Of a stretch of DNA of 64,000 nucleotides, positions 10,674-23,061 are shown piece after piece. The DNA is from Tubulanus polymorphus (Eukaryota > Animalia > Nemertea). Where the stretch lies: assembly GCF_964204645.1 (NCBI RefSeq), contig NC_134026.1, positions 7,463,950 through 7,527,949 of the forward strand, written 5' to 3'. Under the pieces are notes generated by a model. The model saw only the letters and a program-made list of their open reading frames with translations. It had not been told where the DNA came from and searched no databases. Numbering within the stretch: position 1 is the stretch's first letter; each line of letters opens with the position of its first letter. The position numbers and the translations under genes are program-made.

Positions 10674-11523
10674 CTGTTCTGTTCTGTTCTGTTCTGTTCT
10701 GTTCTGTTCTGTGCTGTTCTGTTCTGTTCTGTTCTGTTCTGTTCTGTTCTGTTCTGTTCTGTTCTGTTCTGTTCTGTTCTGTTCTGTTCTGTTCTGTTCT
10801 GTTCTGTTCTGTTCTGTTCTGTTCTGTTCTGTTCTGTTCTGTTCTGTTCTGTTCTGTTCTGTTCTGTTCTGTTCTGTTCTGTTCTGTTCTGTTCTGTTCT
10901 GTTCTGTTCTGTTCTGTTCTGTTCTGTTCTGTTCTGTTCTGTTCTGTTCTGTTCTGTTCTGTTCTGTTCTGTTCTGTTCTGTTCTGTTCTGTTCTGTTCT
11001 GTTCTGTTCTGTTCTGTTCTGTTCTGTTCTGTTCTGTTCTGTTCTGTTCTGTTCTGTTCTGTTCTGTTCTGTTCTGTTCTGTTCTGTTCTGTTCTGTTCT
11101 GTTCTGTTCTGTTCTGTTCTGTTCTGTTCTGTTCTGTTCTGTTCTGTTCTGTTCTGTTCTGTTCTGTTCTGTTCTGTTCTGTTCTGTTCTGTTCTGTTCT
11201 GTTCTGTTCTGTTCTGTTCTGTTCTGTTCTGTTCTGTTCTGTTCTGTTCTGTTCTGTTCTGTTCTGTTCTGTTCTGTTCTGTTCTGTTCTGTTCTGTTCT
11301 GTTCTGTTCTGTTCTGTTCTGTTCTGTTCTGTTCTGTTCTGTTCTGTTCTGTTCTGTTCTGTTCTGTTCTGTTCTGTTCTGTTCTGTTCTGTTCTGTTCT
11401 GTTCTGTTCTGTTCTGTTCTGTTCTGTTCTGTTCTGTTCTGTTCTGTTCTGTTCTGTTCTGTTCTGTTCTGTTCTGTTCTGTTCTGTTCTGTTCTGTTCT
11501 GTTCTGTTCTGTTCTGTTCTGTT
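10674..11523. repeat. (GTTCT)n microsatellite, ~170 units
   Basis: Near-perfect pentamer run of ~850 bp. Confidence 0.99.
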
Positions 11524-11895
11524 ATCGGATAATTAATTCAACCTACCTTAAAGAAATTATTTAAGTCTTTATACTTCAGCTCCAATTCATTTGTCAGATG
11601 TATCAAATTCGTAAAATCTAACACAATTTACTCAGATTGAAACTTGACGTTTTATCATGTGAAACATGAATGTTACCAAGATATATATATGAACACTCAT
11701 TGAACGAGAATTCATCGTAAATAATGGAATATATATATGTTACAGTAAAACAGAACAGGCTGGAAAATATCTAACGGTTCTATAGAGAGAAAACACGGGT
11801 CAAAATAGCATCAGTTCATTATTCAACCACATGAATACACAGACCAACAGTACCCACAGGAGTTCGCGGGGCTAAGTTCTTAATGGAATTATAAC

Positions 11896-11955
11896 CTTGG
11901 ATGGATTTGAACCCGGGCTTCTCACCTGCCAGCCTTGTATCTTAACACTTGACAA
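11896..11955 (-). mobile_element. Degenerate tRNA-derived (SINE-like) remnant upstream of A-type genes (also ~19702, ~29023, ~45101)
   Basis: Minus strand agtgttaagatacaaggctggcaggtgagaagcccggGTTCAAATCC: A-box-like and B-box-like motifs at tRNA spacing. Confidence 0.4.
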
Positions 11956-12412
11956 ACAAGTTCAGGCCATTGTCGATGACTTATCTAAACGACGGCATAC
12001 ACTTAGTCACAAAATCACAGACGATTTCGACCGTAATGTGACGACTTATTATCTGATGGAGACTTACGTACACCTAGAAAATTGAGTTGGATATACAAAT
12101 TGAGACTATGGGATAGAGATGACTTTAGTAATGAGACAACTTACGCAAATGACGAGTTATATTTTGAAAACTGAATTTGAACCGTCGTTTTACTCTAGTT
12201 GTTATGGTGGGTGATTCGGGCCATGCTAGAAAATTTTTCTGTACGGCTAGAGCAACGATAAAAAAAATCACATTGGCCCGTTTTGTGGTTTTTCTCGCGC
12301 GATGACTCAAAATACGTTTTGTTTTCTCGGGCGATAATTCAAAACTTTTGTTGATTTTCTCGCGCGAGAAAACCAAAAGTTTTGAATTCTCGCCCGAGGA
12401 AATCAACCTTTT

Positions 12413-12780
12413 TCTACTGACTGTCTGAGAATGTTCTGGAACTGACCGTGTCTTCTTGAGTATTGGAAAATTCATTCAACTTTAATATAAAGATATCATT
12501 AAAGCCTTTATTGCAGCTACAATTCGTTTATAAAATGTCTATAGTTAGTAGCGAATAGAAAATAGATTCTCTGAAATCTAACACAATAAACTCAGATTTG
12601 TGAAAGTTTATTATTGTGTACGTAAAATGTTACTGCAATTTAAATTTCAAATATTCGTCGTTAAATGGTGAAATATCGTATACATAGTACAACATCTGAA
12701 CAGGTTGAAAAATATGTATCAGTTCTATACAGGGAAAACACAAAATAGCATTTCATTATTCAACCACGAACAGGATAGTA
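12413..12780 (-). promoter_or_regulatory. Orphan copy of the conserved GPCR upstream module (also ~20203, ~29524, ~45333)
   Basis: gaatgttctggaactgaccgtgtcttc, aaatctaacacaat..cagatttgtgaaagtttatt and acatctgaacaggtt motifs with no adjoining ORF. Confidence 0.55.
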
Positions 12781-14004
12781 GGCAGGACCCAGTTCCAAAG
12801 TTGTGAGTTAGAGTTAACTCTGAGTTAAAGTTAGTTCATTTTCAGTGATTTAACTGGATGGAACTGTGGAACTGGACCCAGGACTCCTCGTGGGCTCAAA
12901 TTCTCAAGACTTCCTAAAATGTCATTTTTCCATTTTGTATTTGAACCTGGGCCTCTCGCAAGCCAGCCTTGTATCTAACGAATCGCGGATTCCACGTATG
13001 GCATGCGAAGATCCGGCCAGATTTGAGTCCGAATACGTTCTTCGATGTCGGGTAAGGTATGTTGCGAATGGACATCTCCCCCGGCAGATTGCCACGGTTC
13101 GCGCCGTGGCTGAGTGTAGCGATGCCATCAGGTTCGAATCCCTGCCGAGGGAGGATGCGAATCTACACGTATACACGGGACAGTTGTTTTGGTTTTCATT
13201 GAACTCGGTTCCAGTTCCAGTTGTACAGCTGTGATGGTTTGAACTCAGTTCCACAGTTGTGTGGGTTCAATTCTATCCTGAACCCAGTTCTACAGTTTTA
13301 TGAATTAGATTTGACTCATAGTGGACGCAGTTCCACAGTTGTGTTGGCATATTTAACTCTGAACCCAGTATGGGTTTTATTGGACTCCTGCTCCAGTTCC
13401 AATTGTGGCTTCTTTCATTGGACTTGATCCTGTTTGACAGTTGTGGGTTCATTTTGACTGTTAACCCAGTTCACACATCTACTTGCTAAACCATGTTCAC
13501 TGGTTTTTATGGGTTTAAGTCATTCAGATTTTAATTAGACTGCTGTCTGAACAGTGCTGTGTGTATTGCTGGCAAACACGCGCTTTGATTAATTGAATAT
13601 TTACTGTGAATTCAATAGAACAACAGTTAATGTAATGAATGGATGGAGAATGTTAATTGTCCGAGGTTTTACATGTTCAAGAGTTGCACAAATCAAAAAT
13701 GAAATGCAATTATTTACTGAATGTCACTGTAACCAGTCCGCAGTGGATCGAAGTGAGACGAATACTTTTTGCCCGCACCATCAACACATCCACACGTGAA
13801 AGCGCTGCCCGTAGCGTTATAGGTTGTCAGGCTAATAATTCCATTATCGAAGAAAACCTTTTCGGAATGGTTTTTTTTCGTTCTAAAGAAACGAAAAAAT
13901 TGATTCTTTACCCCTTTGTACGAGTCTGTGAGTTGTGTGGACAATTAGAATACAAACAATGATTTGTGGAAAAGGAATTTTAATCCGAAGAATCATACTT
14001 GAAA

Positions 14005-14949
14005 TCAATGGTCTGAATTTCTACAGCGGATTTTCTTACAGAAATATTCACGAATTTCTCGCCCCAGTAACAGATATATGTAAAAATTTACGACATAGTT
14101 GCACATTTGAAACTGTCCAAATATGTCATAGAGAAAATCTTTCTGTTTCTGTGAGTTTGGTAACAATACTGCAAAAGTAATTGGAAGTGTAAATACTGCA
14201 AATGCGAGTGAAACTGTTACAAGCATTATTGTTGTACGTTTTGATTTTGTAGTTTTCTGATCAGACGAAACCATTTTTGAACCTCTGAATAACTGAACTA
14301 TTATGACAGAATTTGATGTTAGAATCAAAAATAAAGGCAGTACATAATTCTGGATGACAAATACCGTAAAATATGTTATTTGGTCAGAAAATTCATAGTA
14401 ACATCCAAAAGACTGGTCGAAAAAATGTATCGAAAAAGTAGGAAGAAAATTGATAACCAGGACATTGACCGCAGTTAATGTTAATATAACAAATCTAGCG
14501 AACCTCGGTGTACATATCAAACGAGACGTGAACGGGAAGAGCACAACTGCTGCACGTTCTAGAGATATTGCTATTATAAGCCATGAACTGTTGCATTGAA
14601 CAAGCGCCATTACAAATTCATAATATTGACAAATGATCAGTGAATTCATGATGAATTTAGGACCTTCTTTAACGTGCAAGAGAACAAACTGTAAAACAGG
14701 CATCAGTGTAAAATTGATGCAGAATGTGAAATCGCTGAGAGACAAAACGATTAGATAGTTAGCGTAAGATAAACTGCGGAATCTGCGGCTTATCATTATC
14801 AGGAAAGTAGCTGAATTTCCGAAGGCTCCTAACAAGAACACTAAAGGCAGAATGACCAGTGACACAGTACGGTAGATTCCAGATCTCTTCGCAACAGACA
14901 TCAGAACGGTATTACTAAGATAAGCAAGACCAATCTGAGTTGAATTCAT
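14005..14949 (-). CDS. Intronless class A GPCR, peptide-receptor-like putative chemoreceptor (B body, C tail)
   Basis: 314 aa, 7 hydrophobic segments, GN (TM1), LSLSD (TM2), SLERA (TM3), FTLP (TM6), NFYIY (TM7). Confidence 0.92.
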   Translation of the reverse strand: MNSTQIGLAYLSNTVLMSVAKRSGIYRTVSLVILPLVFLLGAFGNSATFLIMISRRFRSLSYANYLIVLSLSDFTFCINFTLMPVLQFVLLHVKEGPKFIMNSLIICQYYEFVMALVQCNSSWLIIAISLERAAVVLFPFTSRLICTPRFARFVILTLTAVNVLVINFLPTFSIHFFDQSFGCYYEFSDQITYFTVFVIQNYVLPLFLILTSNSVIIVQLFRGSKMVSSDQKTTKSKRTTIMLVTVSLAFAVFTLPITFAVLLPNSQKQKDFLYDIFGQFQMCNYVVNFYIYLLLGREIREYFCKKIRCRNSDH

Positions 14950-15734
14950 GATTCTTGAGGATCAAATGAGAACTGATTGTCTGAAAGTGTTCTGACTGCC
15001 TTAGAGTGTAATGACTGTCTGAGAGTGTAACGATCTGAGAGTGTAACGGTCTGAGAATGTTCTGGAACTGACCGTGTCTTCTCGCGTATCGGAAAACTAA
15101 TTTAACTTTGACATAAAAAAATCATTAAGTCTTTATTCCAGCTATAATTCATTTGTGAAATTTATTGTTAACAGCGAATAGAAAAAATCAATTTTCAGAA
15201 ATCTAACACAATGCACTCAGATTTTGTGAAAGTTTACATCGTGTAAAATATAATATGTATAAAATATTTAATATCAATTTTCATTGTACAAGAATGTATT
15301 AAAATGGTGAAATATTTAATATCAAAAATTCTGAACATTTTGGAAAATATTTATCAGGACGGGACAGTAGCCAGGAGTTGTTTAGGGCTCAAGTTCTCAA
15401 GTTCTTATTTCCTTAAGGGTAATTTTTTCCATTTTCTTCAAAAAGACAAAACGTGGAATGATAACCAGGTATGTGAATGTGGGTCCCTCGTCCTCCGGCC
15501 CTATATCTAACAACCAGACCGCCAGATTATGGCTGTGAGTCCGCTCAGTGTGGTGATCCAGTTAGCTCTGGTGAAAGGACTGATGGCCAGTCAGGTGTAG
15601 TGACTCGATTCATTTACATTAACTGCTATATAATTCTTTGATTTTTTTTGGTGAAAATGTGGTTACATTGCATTCACTTAATCAATTAGATCCGTTGACT
15701 CAATCCGTTCACTTTATCAATTAGATCCGTTGTA

Positions 15735-15860
15735 CTGACCGTCTGAGAGTGTTCTGACTGTCTGAGAGTGTACTGACTGTCTGACAGTGTACTGACTGTC
15801 TGAAAGTGTACTGACTGTCTGATCTGACAGTGTACTGACCGTCTGACAGTGTGTTGACCG
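15735..15860. repeat. 20-bp minisatellite gtgtactgactgtctgagag (also 16187-16390, 27419-27522, 33010-33200, 43481-43605, 48510-48720)
   Basis: Variable-number tandem units flanking GPCR ORFs. Confidence 0.9.
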
Positions 15861-15943
15861 TTGGAGGTACCGTACATTACTGAATGTCGCTGTAACCAGT
15901 CGGGTTCAAGTTGTATGAAGTGAACCAAACTTGAGATCAATAG

Positions 15944-16033
15944 TTATTTGTCTGGATTTCTACAGCGGATTTTCATACAGAAATATTCACGAATTTCTCG
16001 CCCCAGTAAAAGATATATGTAGAAATTAACCAC
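15944..16033 (-). pseudogene. GPCR C-terminal fragment within a local tandem duplication (15579-16033 / 16034-16562)
   Basis: VVNFYIYLLLGREIREYFCMKIRCRNPDK-stop only. Confidence 0.8.
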
Positions 16034-16472
16034 ACTGACGGCCAGTCAGGTGTAGTGACTCGATTCATTTACATTAACTGCTATATAATTCTTTAATTTT
16101 TTCTGGTGAAAATGTGGTTACATTGCATTCACTTAATCAATTAGATCCGTTGACTCAATCCGTTCACTTAATCAATTAGATCCGTTGTACTGACCGTCTG
16201 AGAGCGTTCTGACTGTCTGAGAGTGTACTGACTGTCTGAAAGTGTACTGACTGTCTGAGAGTGTACTGACTGTCTGAAAGTGTCCTGACTGTGTGAGAGT
16301 GTACTGACTGTCTGAAAGTGTACTGACTGTCTGACAGTGTACTGACTGTCTGAAAGTGTACTGACTGTCTGATCTGACAGTGTACTGACCGTTGGAGGTA
16401 CCGTACATTACTGAATGTCGCTGTCCAGTCGGGTTCAAGTTGAATGAAGTGAACCAAACTTGAGATCAATAG

Positions 16473-19209
16473 TTATTTGTCTGAATTTCTACAGCGGATT
16501 TTCATACAGAAATATTCACGAATTTCTCGCCCCAGTAAAAGATATGTGTAGAAATTAACCACAAAGTTGCAAACATGGAATTGTGCGAAAATATCGTATA
16601 GAAACTCTGTCAGTTGCGGTGACATTGGTAAAAATACTGTAATAGTGGATGGAAGTGTGAACATTGCAAATGCGAGTGAAACAGTAACAAGCATTATTGT
16701 TGTACGTGTTGGGAGAGTTCTCGGTCCAACACCACGGGGTTTCGGGCTCACTCCACTGACAGGCGATGGGAGTGAGGAAGCGAGCGAGGAGGACTGTATA
16801 GGTTCTCGGACAGAAGCAAAGCAAAGGCCGGGCAGAAACAGAAGCCAGGCGGGTCGACAAGGCAGAAGCAAAGCCAGGCGGGTCACCAGACAGAAGCAAA
16901 ATTAGCGAGTCGGCCAGAGTCACGTTCCCTGGTTGAAGCAGCAAGGCAGAGTCGTCGTCCTGTCCCTTGAAGCAGCCGTTCCTTTCGTCATGAAATGACT
17001 AACTTTAAGACTTTCTTCAGACTATAGCGATTTATTTAGCGGAGAGATGTGTACAGTCAGGCTTGGATAGATGAACTGATTTTACAGGATATTTGTTGCG
17101 GCTTTTATACAAAATCAGGCTGGGAACTAATTATGATTACAATCTGGTGAGAATGTTACAAACTGTCAAAATGTTACTATAAAAAGGATTAAAATATACA
17201 AACGAGAGAACAGGCACAGTCTTAAACTAGTTAGAAACAAGAAAATTAACTTTAATAAATTATTTGACGCCTGCGAAAAAATGTAGAATTTCTGGTATAA
17301 GCTAATGTGGAATTGCAAATTTGAAATCGAAGTTTTAAGAAATTTCGGGAATTATGAGATTTGGCGATTGGGTAGATGATACAGTCTTCGACTGGTCTAA
17401 TAAAAAAAAATTGTCAACTTGTGACTTCGATTCACTTTTGCCTCTAAGCTGGTCTGCAACTTCATTACCTCCATGGTTGAAGAAAGAGCTCTTCTGATGT
17501 CTGCTTCATCATGACTTTGAGCATATCGTGTAGCCAGCCAGCCCAGTCCTGGGGCCCGGTCTGGCTGTCACTTGATATCCTAGACTTGAGTCTGGGTTGA
17601 AGTAGACATTGTCATATAATTAACTTATTCATGTTATTCTGTATGAAATTACCCGTGTGTCTTGTATTTTCTTATTTTAAAATTTGTAAATGTATTGATT
17701 TTTGGAATTTTATCCCGGAATTTCAATGTAATAAGGATCAATAAAGTATTGAATTTAATTGTCACCTTATACACATGCCATCAGTGGACGCGGAGCCGTA
17801 TATGACAGCTATGCTATAATAAATTGCTAATCTCATGAAACCTGCATACGTCTAATATCGAACATATTTTCTAAAACATTTGAATATTGAAATTATTTTA
17901 CACGTTTTTATATAGACCGCTTGTAGCCGCCGATGAAATTCACGCCGGCCCTACTCAGATCGTAGATAGCTTCGTCATTCCACTAGCAGCCCAATGTCAG
18001 GGTCTGACTTTTATATCAGACTTCCAAATCGTGTATACATCCGCCATTTAACCGAATGATCCGATTTACTTATCATTTCTATTTATCCCTGCCGCTCCTG
18101 ATATAATCATACATCCTTTACTATTACAATACGTCTTCTCATGATATTCAATGCGATATAACATTTCGACGTTCAAATAGAGGTCATTATATAATCCCAG
18201 GGAGCCATTCTACATCTTTATCAATAATATTTTGCCATATAGCTTGTATGTGTACACATAAACCTGTGACGTTTTGCACATCGATTTACGGTTGTCGTTT
18301 GTAAAATGACGCTGAATGGTTATCATTGTTTAGGTTTCATAATGGTAACGTTTTATAAGGCGTCAAACAAAATAATACACGTGTTATTGATTATGAAACG
18401 CGAGTTCACACGGGATCTCGGTGGTAACCAGGTCCACGCGCACTATAGCCATCTGGCTTCGATAAACTGTTGTAACGGTTACAACGGTACGTTTGGATTT
18501 TGTAGTTTTCTGATCAGATGAAACCATTTTTGAACCCCTGAACAACTGAATTGTTATAACAGAATTTGATGTAATGATTAAAGTAAAAGGTAGAATATTA
18601 ACGTGGATGACAAATATGGAGAACACTTTTATTTGATCAATCAACAGATAAAAACATCCATAAAACTGGTCAGCAAAATGTACCGACAAAGTAGGTGTGA
18701 GATAGAGAACCAGTACATTTTACTGCAGTAATTATCAAAATAGTAACTCTAGCGAATCTCGGTGTACATATCAAACGAGATTTGAACGGGAAAAGCTCAA
18801 CTGTCGCACGTTCTAGAGATACTGCTACTATTAGCCACGAACTGTTGCCGACTGCAACCGCAAATACAAATTCATAGATTTGACAACTGATCAATGAATT
18901 CATGATGAAGATAGGACCACCTTTAACGTTGAAGAGAATAAACTGTATAACAGGATTTAGTGTAAAACTGATGCAGTACACAAAGTCACTGATAGACAAA
19001 ACGATCAGATAGTTAGCGTAAGATAAACTGCAGAATCTATGACTTATCATTATCAGGAAAGTAGCTGAATTTCCTAAGGCTCCGAACAGAAACAAGACAG
19101 GCAGAATCCCCAGTGACGCGATACGGTAGATTCTGGACTTGCTCACCACAGACCTCAGAACAATGTAACTGTTGTATGTTCGACCAATCTGCATCTGAGT
19201 AGAATTCGT
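16473..19209 (-). pseudogene. GPCR subfamily A interrupted by a 1.8-kb insertion
   Basis: Insertion inside the KRTT codons, ATG>ACG at 19207-19209, +1 frameshift near 18720. Confidence 0.92.
16707..18486 (-). mobile_element. Solo-LTR-like insertion (~1780 bp)
   Basis: GTACG TSD (16702-06 / 18487-91; could be read as 6-bp GTACGT); termini TGTTG...CAACG; TATAAAA (17103-09) followed by AATAAA (17031-36) on the minus strand; no coding capacity seen. Confidence 0.7.
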
Positions 19210-20979
19210 GATTCATGGAGATCAAATGAGAGTGAACGGACTGTCCGAGAGAGCACTGCCTGTTCTGTTCTGTTCTGTTCTGTTCTGTTCTGCAGCAGAG
19301 TGTTCTAGATCTGACCGGTCTTCTCACGTATCGGATAATTAATTCAACCTACCATAAAGAAATTATTTAAGTCTTTATACTTCAGCTCCAATTCATTTGT
19401 CAGATGTATCTAATTCGTAAAATCTAACACAATTTACTCAGATTGAAACTTGACGTTTTATCATGTGAAACATGAATGTTACCAAGATATTTATATAAAC
19501 ACTCATTGAACGAGAATTCATCGTAAATAATGAAATATATATATGTTACAGTAAAACAGAACAGGCTGGAAAATATCTAACGGTTCTATAGAGAGAAAAC
19601 ACGGGTCAAAATAGCATCAGTTCATTATTCAACCACATGAATACACAGAACAGTACCCACAGGAGTTCACGGGGCTAAGTTCTTAATGGAATTATAACCT
19701 AGGATGGATTTGAACCCGAGCTTCTCGCCTGCCAGCCTTGTATCTTAACACTTGACAAACAAGTTCAGGCCATTGTTGATGACTTATCTAAATGACGGCA
19801 TACACTTAGTCACAAAATCACAGACGATTTCGGCCGTAATGTGACGACTTATTATCTGATGGAGACTTACGTACACCTAGAAAATTGAGTTGGATATACA
19901 AATTGAGACTATGGGATAGAGATGACTTCAGTAATGAGACAACTTATGCAAATGACGAGTTATATTTTGAAAACTGAATTTGAACCGTCGTTTTACTCTG
20001 GTTGTTATGGTGGCTGATTCGGGCCATGCTAGAAAATTTTTCTGTACGGCTAGAGCAACGATAAAAAAAATCACATTGGCCCGTTTTGTGGTTTTTCTCG
20101 TGCGATGACTCAAAATACGTTTTGTTTTCTCGGGCGATAATTCAAAAATCGCGCGAGAAAACCAAAAGTTTTGAATTCTCGCCCGAGGAAATCAATCTTT
20201 TTCTACTGACTGTCTGAGAATGTTCTGGAACTGACCGTGTCTTCTTGACTATTGGAAAATTCATTCAACTTTAATATAAAGATATCATTAAAGCCTTTAT
20301 TGCAGCTACAATTCGTTTGTAAAATGTCTATAGTTAGTAGCGAATAGAAAATAGATTCTCTGAAATCTAACACAATAATATTCAGATTTGTGAAAGTTTA
20401 TTAGTGTGTACGTAAAATGTTACTGCAAATTTAATATCAAATATTCGTCGTACAATAATTTATTGCTAGATAGACCTTGTTAACAACTGGTTTTAGGGGT
20501 TTTTACGCCATTCGGATTTAAATTAGACTGCTGTTTGAACAGTGTTGTGCGTATTGCTGGCAAACACGCGTTTTGTTTAATTGAACATTTGCTGTGAATT
20601 CAATAGAACAAAAGTTTATGTAATGAATGGATGGAGAATTTTAAAGGTTTTACATGTTTAAGAGTTGTACAAATCAAACATGAAATGCTATCATTTATTG
20701 AATGTCACTGTAGCCAGTCCGCAGTGGATCGAAGTGAGACGAGTACGTTTTGCCGGCACCATCAACACACCCACACGTGAAAGCGCCGCCCGTAGCGTTA
20801 TAGGTTGTCAGGCTAATAATATCACTATCGAGGTAAACCTTTTCGGAATGGTTTTTTTTTCGTTCTAAAGAAACGAAAAAATTGATTCTTTACCCCGAGT
20901 CTGTGTGTTGTGTGGACAATTAGAATATAAACAATGATTTGTGGAAAAGGAATTTTAATCCGAAGAATCATACTTGATA

Positions 20980-21930
20980 TCAATGGTCTGAATTTCTACA
21001 GCGGATTTTCTTACAGAAATAATCACGAATTTCTCGCCCCATTAACAGATATATGTAGAAATTTACCACAAAGTTACACATTTGAAACTGTGCAAATATG
21101 TCAAAAAGAAATTCTCTCTGTTCTGCTGAGATTGGTAAAAATGTAGCAATAGTGGATGGAAGTGTAAATATTGCAAATGCGAGTGAAACTGTTACAAGCA
21201 TTATTGTTGTACGTTTTGATTTTGTAGATTTCTGATCGGACGAAACCATTTTTGGACCTCTGAATAACTGAATTATTATTACAGAATTTGATGCAATGAT
21301 CAAGATTAATGGTAACAGATAAACGTGGACAACAAATAAGGAGAAAAATTTTATTTGGTCGAATGATTCATAATAACATCCAAAGAACTTGTCAGTAAAA
21401 TGTATCGAAACTGTTGGTAGAAGAATGGGAACCAGTACATTTACTGCAGTTATTATCAATATAACGAATCTAGCGAATCTCGGTGTACATATCAAACGAG
21501 ATGTGAACGGGAAGAGCACAACTGCCACACGTTCTAGAGATATTGCTACTATTAACCACGTACTATTGCTGCATGCAACCGCAAATACACATTCGTAGAG
21601 TTGACAACTGATCAGTGAATTCACGATGTATATTGGACCTGTTTTCAAATGCAAGAGAACAAACTGTAAAACAGGATTCAGTGTGAAGTTGATACAGAAC
21701 GTGAAATCACTGAGAGACAAAACGATGAGGTAGTTAGCGTAGGACAAACTGCGGAATCTGTGACTTATCATTATCAGGAAAGTAGCTGAATTTCCAAACG
21801 CCCCAAACAGGAACAAAATAGGCAAAGTGACCAGTGACACAGTTCGGTAGATTGCTGACCTGTTCACTAGAGACATGAGAACAATGTAACTGTTATAAGT
21901 TCGGCCGATTTGCATCTGAGTTGAATTCAT
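20980..21930 (-). CDS. Intronless class A GPCR, subfamily C
   Basis: 316-aa intact 7TM ORF with family motifs. Confidence 0.93.
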   Translation of the reverse strand: MNSTQMQIGRTYNSYIVLMSLVNRSAIYRTVSLVTLPILFLFGAFGNSATFLIMISHRFRSLSYANYLIVLSLSDFTFCINFTLNPVLQFVLLHLKTGPIYIVNSLISCQLYECVFAVACSNSTWLIVAISLERVAVVLFPFTSRLICTPRFARFVILIITAVNVLVPILLPTVSIHFTDKFFGCYYESFDQIKFFSLFVVHVYLLPLILIIASNSVIIIQLFRGPKMVSSDQKSTKSKRTTIMLVTVSLAFAIFTLPSTIATFLPISAEQREFLFDIFAQFQMCNFVVNFYIYLLMGREIRDYFCKKIRCRNSDH

Positions 21931-23061
21931 GATTCTCGCAAATCAAATGAGAGTGAACTGACTGTCTAAGAGTCTACTGACTATCTGCGAGTTTACTGGC
22001 TGTCCGAGAGTATGCTGACTGCCAGTGAGAGCAATGACTATCTGAAAATGTACTGGAACTCGACCGCGTCTTCTCACGGCTTGCAAAATTAATTCAAAGA
22101 TATCATTTAGGTCTTTATATACAGTTACATTCATTTCTAAGATTTATTGTAAACAGCGAATAGAAAATCAATGCACTGAAATCTAACACACATTTTCAAA
22201 TTTTGTGAAAGTTTATTATTGTGTAAAATATAAATGTAACTATATCAAATATTATTATACGTTGTACGAGAATTCATTGTAAATTGTAAAATATATTATA
22301 CTAAAACATCTGAACAGGTTGGAAAATGTACACACAGATCAAAACAACATCAGTTCATTATTAAACTACACACAGGACAGTAGCCAGCAATACTCAAGGG
22401 CTCATAGTTGTGACGGGCATCTATGATTTATTGAAATGACTACTTATACTTAGTAAATTGAACTGCAAAAACATTTTGAGACTCAAACCGGGAGATGACT
22501 CTAGTAATGTGAGAACTTAGATGGTGACTTAAGCAAGAAAATCTAAAATGTCATTTATGTAATTTATGAATATAAAATTCTTTTGTATTTAAGATTTTCA
22601 TATCTTATTTTCAATTTTCAGTTAGTCAGTGTCTACCATTCCTGAGTTAGTTTTTAATTTTGATGCTCGTGGTCAAAAGAGCACATTTTTTCTCCAAAGT
22701 TTCCATTTTATTTTCCGAGTTTGTAACTCGGAATAAACCTTCAAAGATCGCATTTAACAGAGAAAACTAGTTTATTCCGAGTTGCAAACTCTGAATAAAC
22801 CTCCAAAATCGCATTTAACTGAGAAAACTAGTTTATTCCGAGTCACAAACTCGGAATTAACCTCGAAATATTTTTTTGATAGATATGTCGCCAGGACGCT
22901 TCCGTAGGTACCAATGCAGTAATGGTGATTAGAAATTACTGAATGTCACTGTAACCTACGAGCAATTATCTAACAATTATCTTAGATAATCGCTCGTAGC
23001 TGTAACAGGTCCACAGAAAAGTTAAAAGTTGTATGCAGTAACTCAAACTTGAAATGAATGG

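Noticed and set aside
10622-11536. 304-aa and 273-aa VLFCS-repeat ORFs
   Set aside because: Translation of the (GTTCT)n microsatellite
15735-16390. CRISPR-like appearance of the 20-bp and 45-bp repeats
   Set aside because: Head-to-tail repeats without unique spacers, no cas genes, eukaryotic spliced context
16567-16944. Short ORFs spanning the insertion junction and antisense to GPCR genes
   Set aside because: Chimeric or shadow frames with no independent coding signal
16980-17022. Possible hammerhead (CUGAAGA...GAC-GAAA) in the LTR-like insert, minus strand
   Set aside because: No convincing stem III, cleavage triplet or stem I
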